The notes beneath the pieces were generated by a model. It did no database searches and was not told the DNA's origin. It saw only the letters and a list, made by a program, of their open reading frames with translations. DNA of 64,000 nucleotides, taken from NCBI GenBank assembly GCA_963752595.1, contig CAVVYZ010000009.1, positions 256,001-320,000 of the forward strand, read 5' to 3'. Every line of letters begins with the position of its first letter. The first letter of the stretch is position 1. Below, one piece after another: positions 1 through 9,063 of the stretch. The DNA comes from an uncultured delta proteobacterium. Lineage in GTDB: Bacteria; Desulfobacterota; Desulfomonilia; UBA1062. Both the position numbers and the translations under genes were made by a program.

Positions 1-344
1 TTTCGACTTACGAAACAACTCCGCCTAAGAGGCCACGTAAGAAGGTCATGGAAAAAATAGCCACTGCTTTAGATGTCCCAACTGAAGAACTTTCCGGCAA
101 ACTCATGCCAGGTGAAAAACCTTCCAAGGCATCAAAACAGGGAATACCTTCGGACACCATAGAGTTAAATGAAATTGATATTGCCAGGATTATATCACTT
201 ATTGACCAGGAAGTCCTAAATCTGCATCACTTTGTGATAGAGTCTTCTCAAGTTGAAATTAGCAATCCCGTATTGGTTAAAAGCCTAGAGTACTTTTCGA
301 AAGAAATTGAAGCACTCACAAACCTGAAAGAGAAGCTTACTTGA
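1..344 (+). CDS. XRE-family HTH protein (5' end outside window)
   Basis: The frame is open from base 3 and reads STYETTPPKRPRKKVMEKIATALDVPTEEL, typical of the C-terminal half of an HTH_XRE domain. AT-richer than the rest of the window. Confidence 0.6.
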   Translation, partial: STYETTPPKRPRKKVMEKIATALDVPTEELSGKLMPGEKPSKASKQGIPSDTIELNEIDIARIISLIDQEVLNLHHFVIESSQVEISNPVLVKSLEYFSKEIEALTNLKEKLT

Positions 345-378
345 CCTCCGCTCCTCCGTAAAGGAGGGGGATTCCTGA
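341..378 (-). mobile_element. IS200/IS605-family right end (GAAT guide, subterminal hairpin, TCAA end)
   Basis: The minus strand reads CAGGAATC-CCCCTCC-TTTAC-GGAGGAG-CGGAGG-TCAA, the same layout as ISDra2/IS608-type right ends. Confidence 0.65.
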
Positions 379-856
379 ACGAGTAGTTATGCGACCAGGT
401 ATAAGCATCGGTCGCCCGACGTCACTGGACAAGACATTCGGATGCCCGGAATAGAGAGATCTATAAGCACTTGAAGCAAAAACACTGAATATAGATAACT
501 GCGATAGATGGTTGCTTTTTTGATCCTCTACAATGTGTATATCTTGAGATGATATCTATTCAGTGTTGGCGGCATTCACAATGGATCGATCCTGGTCACG
601 TTATATCAAATCTCAGTGAATTAGCAAAAGTATATACTGTCAGATATCGGTGTAGCCTTTATTCTCTATTCGTAAGGTCAAGCTGCAGCTAATACACGTA
701 TGGCTGTCTATACGAAATGTCAGTAAAAAAAACCTTGTTAATTCAAAAAAGGTTACGATTGGGATACTAAGCCCATTGACGGAAGAGCATGCTCTCCCTT
801 TATCGTCTGGACATATCTACCAAACAAAAAACCTCTTTGTTTAAAAACAAGCAAAG

Positions 857-1867
857 TTAGAGCCTTTTCTCCTGCCTGAGCTTTGTTATGATCTTTTCGA
901 TTGCTGGCATGGCCTCCATGGCTGCTTTTTCACCCTCCAGGATCGCCTCGTGCCGTTTGGTCATGTCGGAGGATGAAATATAACCTACCCTGGGCCGGAT
1001 GACGACGTCGGCCTTCTGGAGCTGAAATGCGGATATGTTTGAATACATGATGTCGACTGCCTGCAGGATCGCGTCCATTGTCCCGGTGGGTACAATCCCG
1101 TTCCTCCCTCCGGAGATGTCCACGGCGATTACCACATCGGCTCCGAAGCGCCTGGCAACATTCACGGCCACCGGGCTGACAACGCCGCCATCCACATATG
1201 TTTTGCCCGAGATCTTCACGGGCTGAAAGACACCCGGGATCGAACAGCTTGCACGGACAGCCCTTCCGGTATTTCCCGTCCCGAAGACCGTCTCCTCGCC
1301 TGCGGCAAAGTCCGTAGCCACCGCATAGAAGCGGGTTTTGAGCTTTTCTATGGGCGTGTTGCGGAGGGTCAGGTTGATATACTCCTCGAGCTTGTCACCT
1401 TTGATAAATCCGTTATTCGGAATGGTCATGTCCACGACATCCGAACGTTCGACACCCATGGCTATGGTCTGGAGCTTGAATGCGCTGAAGCCGTAGGCAT
1501 AAAAGCTCCCCACAACGCTGCCTGCACTGGTCCCGATAATCATGTGGATAGGGATCTTGTGGGTCTCCAACACCTTGAGGACGCCGATATGGGCAAAGCC
1601 CTTGGACGCACCTGCGCCGAGGACAACGGCGATCTTGGCCGGCTTCGGAGGGGGCGGCATTACGACGGGAGCTGCAGGTACTGCCGGCATTCCAGGGGTA
1701 GTGCCGGGTGCTTGCACGTGAGGTGCGGCCGATGTTTGTGCAGGGGTCTCTTCTGCCGGAGGGATATGCTTGGGCGCACAGGCCAGAATCGCCATGACGA
1801 AAAAACCTGTAAGCAAATATGCAGTAAACCTCATGCTCTGGTGAATCGGGCCCTTGGGATCTTTCAT
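857..1867 (-). CDS. Patatin-like phospholipase, probable lipoprotein
   Basis: GAGASKG glycine loop, GTSAG nucleophile motif, DGG motif; lipobox ILAC followed by a Pro/Ala linker. Confidence 0.9.
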   Translation of the reverse strand: MKDPKGPIHQSMRFTAYLLTGFFVMAILACAPKHIPPAEETPAQTSAAPHVQAPGTTPGMPAVPAAPVVMPPPPKPAKIAVVLGAGASKGFAHIGVLKVLETHKIPIHMIIGTSAGSVVGSFYAYGFSAFKLQTIAMGVERSDVVDMTIPNNGFIKGDKLEEYINLTLRNTPIEKLKTRFYAVATDFAAGEETVFGTGNTGRAVRASCSIPGVFQPVKISGKTYVDGGVVSPVAVNVARRFGADVVIAVDISGGRNGIVPTGTMDAILQAVDIMYSNISAFQLQKADVVIRPRVGYISSSDMTKRHEAILEGEKAAMEAMPAIEKIITKLRQEKRL

Positions 1868-2049
1868 ATCATTTCTCCTTCATCTTCATATCATAAATCC
1901 ATATGTCCCATTGATCAATGGAGAAACTCTCTTTCCGGAGAACGGACAAAGGGTATCTTTTCTTCTCATGATCTTACACCGATAGGAGTCCTGATGAAAT
2001 CGATCCCGCAGAAATCGACCCTTCACGGCAAAAAAGAGACCGTTACGAG

Positions 2050-2835
2050 TTGCCGGCACGGGAAATCGAGAAGATGATATCCCTCATCGAAAAGGCAGCG
2101 GCAGGAGACTATTCAAGCGACCTGACGGAGCTCACCAAGGCGGAGCATTCGGAGACTATCAGGAGGATTGCCGAGGCATTCGGAATGATGATGGTTGAAA
2201 TTGAGGCGAGAGAGTGCTATCTCGGAAAACTCAACGAGGAGTTGCACAATCTCAACATGAATATGCAGAAGAATATCATCCAAACCGTTGGAACCATTGC
2301 CCACAGTCTGGGAGCCAGGGACAAGTACTCGGAAGGTCATGCTCGGAGGGTATCGCGGTATGCGGAGAGGCTTGCCGTGAGATTGAAGCTGCCCCGTAAG
2401 GACATCGAAAATATCCGCATCGGAGGCCTGCTCCATGACATCGGCAAGATCGGGTTCAGTGATAATGTCTTTCAGAACGAGGACAAGCGTCCTTCGAAAC
2501 AGATCCTGAGCGAGATCAAGAAGCACCCAATGAACGGCAAGGCCATTCTCAAGGATCTGGACTTTCTGTCGTCGATCATCGATTATGTGTACTGTCACCA
2601 TGAGCGGGAAGACGGCTCCGGATATCCGCGGGGCCTGACCGGAGAAAAGATCCCTCTCGGGGCCAAGATCGTCGGCATTGCGGACACGTTCGACGCCCTT
2701 ACCACCGACAGGCCGTATCAGAAGGCACGCTCGCTCAAAGAAGCCTTTGCAATCCTCAAAGATATAAGCGGCAGGAGCTTCGACACGGAGCTGATCAGGG
2801 CATTTATCTCAGAGATCCGCGAAAACGGAATGTAA
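2050..2835 (+). CDS. HD-GYP c-di-GMP phosphodiesterase with N-terminal HAMP-like/coiled-coil region
   Basis: LHDIGK, HHEREDGSGYPRG and ADTFDALTTDRPY motifs. The true start may be ATG 1994 (AGGAG upstream) with one A lost in the run at about 2030-2035. Confidence 0.9.
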   Translation: MPAREIEKMISLIEKAAAGDYSSDLTELTKAEHSETIRRIAEAFGMMMVEIEARECYLGKLNEELHNLNMNMQKNIIQTVGTIAHSLGARDKYSEGHARRVSRYAERLAVRLKLPRKDIENIRIGGLLHDIGKIGFSDNVFQNEDKRPSKQILSEIKKHPMNGKAILKDLDFLSSIIDYVYCHHEREDGSGYPRGLTGEKIPLGAKIVGIADTFDALTTDRPYQKARSLKEAFAILKDISGRSFDTELIRAFISEIRENGM

Positions 2836-2967
2836 GCCTCATTCGAGAGGCCTTCACTTCCCCAGCTCCATAAAAAGGCTGCTCTTTTCCCTGGCATCAA
2901 CCCTGTTTCCATATTATACAGAAAAAGGTTTGTTATGGGCGTCCCGTTGGAAAGGAGGGAACAGTGA

Positions 2968-4365
2968 ATGAATTCTGTCATGCGTGATTTTCTGAACCCA
3001 AAAGGGGTTGCAGTGTTCGGGAGCATGAAGGAGGAGTGGTTCTTCGGGGCCGGCGTTGTGGTGAAGGACCTGAAGGACATCGGATATCAGGGGGCTGTCT
3101 ACCCGATCCACCCGAGCGCCCGGAGCGTTTATGGGATGAAGGTCCTGAAGGATGTCCGGGAGATCAGCGGCCCCGTTGACCTTGCGGTAATCATCACCTC
3201 CTTCCGGCAGGTGCCGGAGATCCTCACCCGGTGCGGAGAAAAAGGAATCAGGAGTGCGGTCGTGGTGGCCGACGGCTTTGGTGAGAACGGAGCCGAGGGC
3301 AGGCTTCGCCAGGAAGAGATGCTCGCCGTCGCACGAAGCCGGGGGATACGCATCATGGGCCCCAACACCCTCGGGGTATTCAACCCGGGAGGCAGGTTCA
3401 CTACCATACCGTACGAAAAGGGCTACAGCCTCCCTCCCCAAGGGCACCTTTCCATCATCACCCAGACCGGCATGTACGGGCCCCAGGCATACCCGTTCAT
3501 AGACTACCGGGCCGGCATCGGCTCGGTCATCGATCTCGGCAACATGTGCGACATAGACGAGGTGGACTGCCTCGAATATCTGAAGGATGACCCGGGCACC
3601 CGGGTGATATCCCTGTATATGGAGCACAGCAGACGTCCGAGGGAGTTCCTCGAAATCGCGAAGGAGTTGTCGCGTTCCAAGCCCATCCTGTGCCTGAAAG
3701 CGGGACGGTCCGAGGATTGCGCCGGAGCCATGGCATCGCACACGGGGTCGATTGCAGGCAATGACAAGCTTTACGATGCCCTTTTCAAGCAGGCAGGGGT
3801 AATCAGGGTAGACGAGTACGAGGACCTGCTGGACTACGCAAAGATCTTCTCGCACGGGCTCATGCCAAAGGGGAACCGGCTGGGCATCATAACTTTAACC
3901 GGAGCCATCGGAATCCAGTGTATCGATGCCGCATCCCCATCAGGCCTTGTTCCGGGAATCCTTACCGGGCCCAGCAGAGAGAAGCTTCCTTCCATCAGCC
4001 GTACCCTGGGCAGCCACCCCATCGACCTCGGCCCGGCATCGGCCATTGACGGCCCCGAACTCTTCAGCCATTACAAAAAATGCTATGACATCCTCCTGGA
4101 AGACCCGGAGATCGACTGCATCTATTTCAACAGCTACATCAGCAGCTACATGGCGCCGGAACTCTATGAAGACGTGCTCGGCCATATCGGGAAAAACATG
4201 AAGAAGCCGGTGGTAGCCTGGTCTTACGGCCCTTCCAAAGAATCGCTCGTCCAGCTCGCGAACCTCACTGAAAGCCACGGCATCCCCTTTTATTCCACCA
4301 CGTTCAAAGCTGTCAAAGCACTCGGTCACCTCTGCAGGTATGCCAGGTGGAAGGAAGCGCTTTAG
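2968..4365 (+). CDS. Acyl-CoA synthetase (NDP-forming) alpha-type subunit / CoA-binding protein
   Basis: N-terminal CoA-binding domain, GIRIMGPNTLG, DLGNMCD, phospho-His motif ASHTGS; no ATP-grasp domain. Confidence 0.85.
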   Translation: MNSVMRDFLNPKGVAVFGSMKEEWFFGAGVVVKDLKDIGYQGAVYPIHPSARSVYGMKVLKDVREISGPVDLAVIITSFRQVPEILTRCGEKGIRSAVVVADGFGENGAEGRLRQEEMLAVARSRGIRIMGPNTLGVFNPGGRFTTIPYEKGYSLPPQGHLSIITQTGMYGPQAYPFIDYRAGIGSVIDLGNMCDIDEVDCLEYLKDDPGTRVISLYMEHSRRPREFLEIAKELSRSKPILCLKAGRSEDCAGAMASHTGSIAGNDKLYDALFKQAGVIRVDEYEDLLDYAKIFSHGLMPKGNRLGIITLTGAIGIQCIDAASPSGLVPGILTGPSREKLPSISRTLGSHPIDLGPASAIDGPELFSHYKKCYDILLEDPEIDCIYFNSYISSYMAPELYEDVLGHIGKNMKKPVVAWSYGPSKESLVQLANLTESHGIPFYSTTFKAVKALGHLCRYARWKEAL

Positions 4366-5801
4366 AAGAGGCTGGACGAGTTGTGCCTTTCCACCAGGTT
4401 GCCCCGGAAAAATACGGCATCGATGTTCTCCGTGTCGCGGATATTCTTCACAGGGTTTCCCCGGACCAGCAGGAGATCGGCTCCTTTTCCTTCCTCGACT
4501 GTCCCGAAATCGACGTTTCTGTGGAAGACCTCCTGCAAAATCCTTGCAGGCGCCGAGGTTGCCGAGATCAAAGCCTCTTCCGGAGTCAACCCGCCTTCCA
4601 CGAGATGCCGTAATTCAACATGGAGGGAGCCGCCGGCAGCAATCCCCAGGTTTGGAGCATCGGTTCCTGCGATGATGGTCACCCCGGCATCTTTGAGGAT
4701 TCTTACATTCGGATGCAGCACCTTTGCATACATCTTTAAATGCCGGTAATAATCGTCCCATGGGTCATTCTCCGGTTCCCTGTAGGGTTTCGCATTCTGC
4801 AGAGCTTTCTTTGCAGAAGGATGCATGGTTTCCCATTCGAGCCGGGAATAATGGGTGTAATCTTTCTCATTTATGAAGGTATTCAGATTGCGGAAGACGT
4901 ATACGGTCGGAGTAACGAACATCTTCCTGCGGGCGAGTTCTTGCGCGATCGCAGGATCGAGCGGCTCCTTGTAGACATTGTGGGCGATCCCGTCAGCCCC
5001 GCTTTCCATGGCGATCTGCACGTCCTCGTTCCTGCCGATGTGAATGAGCACCGGAATGCCCTTTCCATGCGAACGCCTGACGATTTCGGACACGATTGCG
5101 GCCTTCATCTTCGGCGTTCCGTCGGGCAGATCATCGAGATAGATCTTGGTGAAATCCGGCTTCGATGCCGGCTGCTTCTCGATCCTGTCCATATCGGCCG
5201 TGCCATCCACTTCAATGACGATCTCCGGGAAAAAGGGGCGGACGAACCAGGGATACTTCTGCTTGACCTTCTCCAGCATGGGGATGGGATGGGCGCCTTT
5301 CCCCGTGAACCCGAGGCCGCAATAGAAAAGGTGCGGCCCGGCGATCTTCCCTGCTTCGATATCTAAGGCAATGCCTTTCATCTCGTCAGCGGTTTTCCCA
5401 TTCATGTCCACCACCGTGGTAACCCCGCTGTAGAGACACCCTTCGAAGTTGAACCGCATCGTGGGTATGGGCCTTCCCCACGGGACGATCATGAAGCTTG
5501 TGATATGAGTATGAAAATCCGTGAGCCCGGGAAGCAGCGTCTTGCCCCTGCCGTCGATAACCTCTGCGCCCGGGGTATCGAGCCTCTCCGGGGAGACACG
5601 TACGATCTTCCCTCCCTTGACGTATACATCCATATTCTCCAGGAGCGGCCTGCCGGGAAGGCCGGTAAAGACTTTCACTTCCCGGATCAGGTATCCGTCC
5701 TTGGGAGGAGTTGCCTGCCGGATAAGTGAGTTGTCCGAGCATGAGCTGAGAAAAAGAGCCAGAACACATACGATCAGCCGGAACAAAAGCCTGTTTCCCA
5801 T
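4362..5801 (-). CDS. Amidohydrolase-family metallo-hydrolase, lipoprotein
   Basis: IDGRGKTLLPGLTDFHTH, GTDAP and GKGADLLLV motifs; lipobox LSSC; GAGGAGG RBS before ATG 5801. Confidence 0.85.
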   Translation of the reverse strand: MGNRLLFRLIVCVLALFLSSCSDNSLIRQATPPKDGYLIREVKVFTGLPGRPLLENMDVYVKGGKIVRVSPERLDTPGAEVIDGRGKTLLPGLTDFHTHITSFMIVPWGRPIPTMRFNFEGCLYSGVTTVVDMNGKTADEMKGIALDIEAGKIAGPHLFYCGLGFTGKGAHPIPMLEKVKQKYPWFVRPFFPEIVIEVDGTADMDRIEKQPASKPDFTKIYLDDLPDGTPKMKAAIVSEIVRRSHGKGIPVLIHIGRNEDVQIAMESGADGIAHNVYKEPLDPAIAQELARRKMFVTPTVYVFRNLNTFINEKDYTHYSRLEWETMHPSAKKALQNAKPYREPENDPWDDYYRHLKMYAKVLHPNVRILKDAGVTIIAGTDAPNLGIAAGGSLHVELRHLVEGGLTPEEALISATSAPARILQEVFHRNVDFGTVEEGKGADLLLVRGNPVKNIRDTENIDAVFFRGNLVERHNSSSLF

Positions 5802-6054
5802 GAGAATCCTCCTCTTCAAAGCCACTTCGGTATCCTAAACCCCGGCAATAACCAGCGAAGGCCTCGCGCTTTTGCCCTCGGGGGAGCGCTTCCGTATAAT
5901 AACGCTTATTCCCTGGGGGATCTATGTTTTTTCCCTTTGTTATACGAGATCTCCCCAACGGTTCAATATGCAAACCAAAGGGGGGGGTTGATTGCTGGAG
6001 GATTTTTACGTCCGATTCGGAACGGCCACGCACAAACCAGTCACTTGACAAACA

Positions 6055-6078
6055 GGGGAGGCTTTTATACCTCCCCTC
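6055..6078 (-). terminator. Hairpin after hsp20
   Basis: AGGGGAGG...CCTCCCCT stem just past the hsp20 stop. Confidence 0.5.
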
Positions 6079-6087
6079 CATCGGCTG

Positions 6088-6582
6088 TTAATGCACTGTA
6101 CTCTCCGTGCTGTTGACCTGGATCTTCCTGAAGCTTTTCTGCCCTTCGATTTTCGGCAGGCTGATGCACAGAACGCCGTTGAGATATACCGCTTCAATAT
6201 GGTCCAGATCTACATTTTCCGGCAGGGAGACCACACGTGAAAATTCTCCGTACACTCGCTCCGAGCATGCGATATCCCCTACCTTCTTATGCTCGACATC
6301 TTCCTTCTTGCCTTTGATGATAAGGCTGTCACCGGTCATGGTGAGATCGATATCGTCCTTCTCCACACCAGGAAGCTCTGCATCGATATGGAAGCTTTTC
6401 TCATCCTCTGCTATCTCCACCCTCGGGATGAACTGACCGGATGCTTCCGTCGGCCAGAAGCCGAACCTGTCAAAGAGCCTGTTCATTTCTCCCAAGAGCC
6501 TGGACGGAATGTTTCCCCATTCCCGACTCGAAGAGAGACCCGTTTGAGTCTGTTCCATGGGAGTCATGTATTTTGTATTCAT
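6088..6582 (-). CDS. Hsp20/alpha-crystallin small heat-shock protein
   Basis: PRVEIAEDE..AELPGV, ERVYGEFSR.V.LP, A.YLNGVL.I.LPK; GGAGG RBS. Confidence 0.95.
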   Translation of the reverse strand: MNTKYMTPMEQTQTGLSSSREWGNIPSRLLGEMNRLFDRFGFWPTEASGQFIPRVEIAEDEKSFHIDAELPGVEKDDIDLTMTGDSLIIKGKKEDVEHKKVGDIACSERVYGEFSRVVSLPENVDLDHIEAVYLNGVLCISLPKIEGQKSFRKIQVNSTESTVH

Positions 6583-6877
6583 GGTATCTCCTCCTTGGGA
6601 TAAGCATTCTTTCAAGCTGATCCCACAGATAATTCTGTACGCAGCTTTTGTAGTGATGCATCTGTGAAATTCAAGGGGGTATGCGGTGATAAGCGGCTCG
6701 ATTCTGTATTTCTGGATGCTGTTCAGAGAAGACAGCCGTGAAGATGTCGGAAAGGCGCTTGATTCCCTCGTTCATGCAAAAATCATGGACCTGTACAGCG
6801 AGCCGTCCATCTCCCCGGCAAAATGACCTGAACCGGGGTCATGTGGAAGGAGCCGCCTGCCTTGAAGGCCTTCCGAT

Positions 6878-7918
6878 CTATCTTCCGGCCTTCCGGGCCT
6901 GCTTGTCCCGATAAAGGAGCTCATCCGCCTTTTTCAGCACAGCGGCAACGTCTTCCCCGCTGCTGTAATCGGGACAGGCGATACCGTAGCTGAACTGCAC
7001 CGGCACGGGGCTGCCCCCCAAATGAACAGGGTGCTCGGCGAAATACCCCCTGATGCGCCGGATAAGGGAGTGGGCCTCTGTCCGGGCCGTCTCGGGGAGG
7101 ATCATGACGAACTCGTCCCCTGCAAAACGGGAAATGATATCGCTCTGCCGCGACATCTCCCTCAAAGACTCGGCCACATGCACGAGGAGCTCATCACCGC
7201 AGTCATGCCCGAGAGAATCGTTGACCTGTTTGAAATCGTCGAGGTCGATGAAGGCCACGCTCAAGGGGTTCTTATATCGCTTCGACCGGGTGAGCTCCCG
7301 CTTCAGTGCCCGCTCCATGGCCCTGCGGTTCAGCAGCCCGGTGAGGGAATCCTTGAAGGCTAGTGCCTTGAGTTCTTCATGGGCAGCCACATTGGAAAGA
7401 CAGATGGAAACAACGAGTCCGAGCTGCTCCAGAAGGATGGTGTCGGCATCCGGAGAGAACCGGTCGGGCGAAGTATCTGCAAAATTGAGGCTTCCGACGA
7501 TGTCTCCGTCGAGACTGATGGGGACGATTGCCAGGGAGTTGAACCCCTTTCCCGGTCCTTTGGGCATGATGATTTCATACAGGCTCAAACCCTCATTCCG
7601 AAGCGTCGGCTTGCCCGTGTCCTGGACAACCAGGGTGAACTTCCTGCGGTCGACGATCTTCAGATGCTTCTCCGGGATCGCAGTGGAGGCATAGGTCTGG
7701 ATGAGCCTGGCAGCCTTGCTTGTCTGGACCAGGGTGACCCAGACGAATCCGACATCGAACTTTTCCATGATCTCGGACAGGAGCTTCTCGAAGAAATCGT
7801 GGAAATTGAGGGTGGAGAGCACGCTCATTTCCACCTCGAAAAATTTCAGGGCGATCTCCTCGTTCTCACGGAACCTCTGGATAAGCTTCTTGATATCCTC
7901 ACTCGTATAGAACTTCAT
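6878..7918 (-). CDS. GAF (DUF484-like)-GGDEF diguanylate cyclase
   Basis: DSLTGLLNRR, DLDDFKQVND, I-site RQSD five residues before an AGDEF active-site variant. Confidence 0.9.
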   Translation of the reverse strand: MKFYTSEDIKKLIQRFRENEEIALKFFEVEMSVLSTLNFHDFFEKLLSEIMEKFDVGFVWVTLVQTSKAARLIQTYASTAIPEKHLKIVDRRKFTLVVQDTGKPTLRNEGLSLYEIIMPKGPGKGFNSLAIVPISLDGDIVGSLNFADTSPDRFSPDADTILLEQLGLVVSICLSNVAAHEELKALAFKDSLTGLLNRRAMERALKRELTRSKRYKNPLSVAFIDLDDFKQVNDSLGHDCGDELLVHVAESLREMSRQSDIISRFAGDEFVMILPETARTEAHSLIRRIRGYFAEHPVHLGGSPVPVQFSYGIACPDYSSGEDVAAVLKKADELLYRDKQARKAGR

Positions 7919-8055
7919 GGCTTTATTGTTAAAACATCTCCCGTTTTCAAATATAAACGAACATGATGAGCTCTGCAATATCCATGCAAAGGGAGGCAGG
8001 AAATCAAAGGTTCATCTCCCCCTGCCCGCCCGCATTTGTGGAGCACGGGCCATGG

Positions 8056-8087
8056 TCCGAATCCCGACGGCGCCGTCGGGATTCGGA
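8056..8087. repeat. Perfect 32-bp palindrome
   Basis: TCCGAATCCCGACGGCGCCGTCGGGATTCGGA equals its own reverse complement. Confidence 0.9.
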
Positions 8088-8152
8088 GGATTCTTGTTGT
8101 TTTTGTATTATAGTATGACTATATTACTTCTTATGAAGAACCGGTGCCGCCC

Positions 8153-8902
8153 ATGAAAAGAGACCTTTCTCTCATGACACCCATCGCGAAGACGCCAACT
8201 ATCCCCTTGCAGGTAGCCGGGCAGATCATCGGCCTCATCAAGTCGGGGAAGATAAAACAAGGGGACCGGTTGCCCTCTGAGGACGAGATGACCAGGCTCC
8301 TGGGCATAAGCCGTATTACTTTACGCGAATCAAAAAAACTGCTCGAAGCCAGAGGGTATATTGAAATCCGCGCCAAGGGAAGCACGTACGTGAGCATCCC
8401 CGAAAACGGCGAAAAATCTTCCATAGAGGATCTGGTCTCCCTCGATCCGGACAAAATATGGGAACTGATCGAAGTGAGGAGGATCCTCGACTCCGAGGCC
8501 GCATCCATTGCCTGCACGCATGCCACGGAAAAGGAAAAGGCGGCCTTGAGGGCTTTCTGCCGCAGGGCAATCGAGCTGGGTTTTGGAGACATGCTCTCCA
8601 TTGCCGAAGAAGGGGGCAGGCTCTATGCCGAATTCTTCAACGCCCTCATCGATTCAACCCATAACACGATGTTCAGCTCTTTGAGAAAATCAGTCGATTC
8701 CCTTCTCATCGGCGCACTCCCCTTCAGCCGCAGAAAGCTTTCCACCATCAAGGGGAGCGCAAAGACCATCATCAACCAGATCTGCGCCATCGTGGATGCT
8801 ATTGAAAAAAGCGATCCGGCTGCGGCAAGGCAGGCCATGGTGGCCCACATCGACTATCTCGAGAAAACCTTAAGAAAGACGATGAGCCAAAGAGAACCGT
8901 GA
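8153..8902 (+). CDS. GntR/FadR-family transcriptional regulator
   Basis: GDRLPSEDEM..LLGISRITLRE winged helix; FCD-type C-terminus (ELIEVRRILDSEAA). Confidence 0.92.
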   Translation: MKRDLSLMTPIAKTPTIPLQVAGQIIGLIKSGKIKQGDRLPSEDEMTRLLGISRITLRESKKLLEARGYIEIRAKGSTYVSIPENGEKSSIEDLVSLDPDKIWELIEVRRILDSEAASIACTHATEKEKAALRAFCRRAIELGFGDMLSIAEEGGRLYAEFFNALIDSTHNTMFSSLRKSVDSLLIGALPFSRRKLSTIKGSAKTIINQICAIVDAIEKSDPAAARQAMVAHIDYLEKTLRKTMSQREP

Positions 8903-9063
8903 CGGAAAGCCTGCCCTTTAAACCTCCGAGCAGATGAATCCCGGAGCCTGATCTTTTCAGGCAGTCCCGTCCCCGTGCTCATGCCCGGGTACGGGATCTC
9001 ATGCCATTTTCACTTAAGGCCGTACGGTCAGCGGCCTTGACGAGCTTATACTGATCCGTTTTC

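Noticed and set aside
570-856. Remnant tnpB coding sequence upstream of the IS605-type end
   Set aside because: Only a weak DRSIVNAA resemblance; a stop lies immediately upstream and there are no zinc-finger cysteines, so it is not called as a pseudogene.
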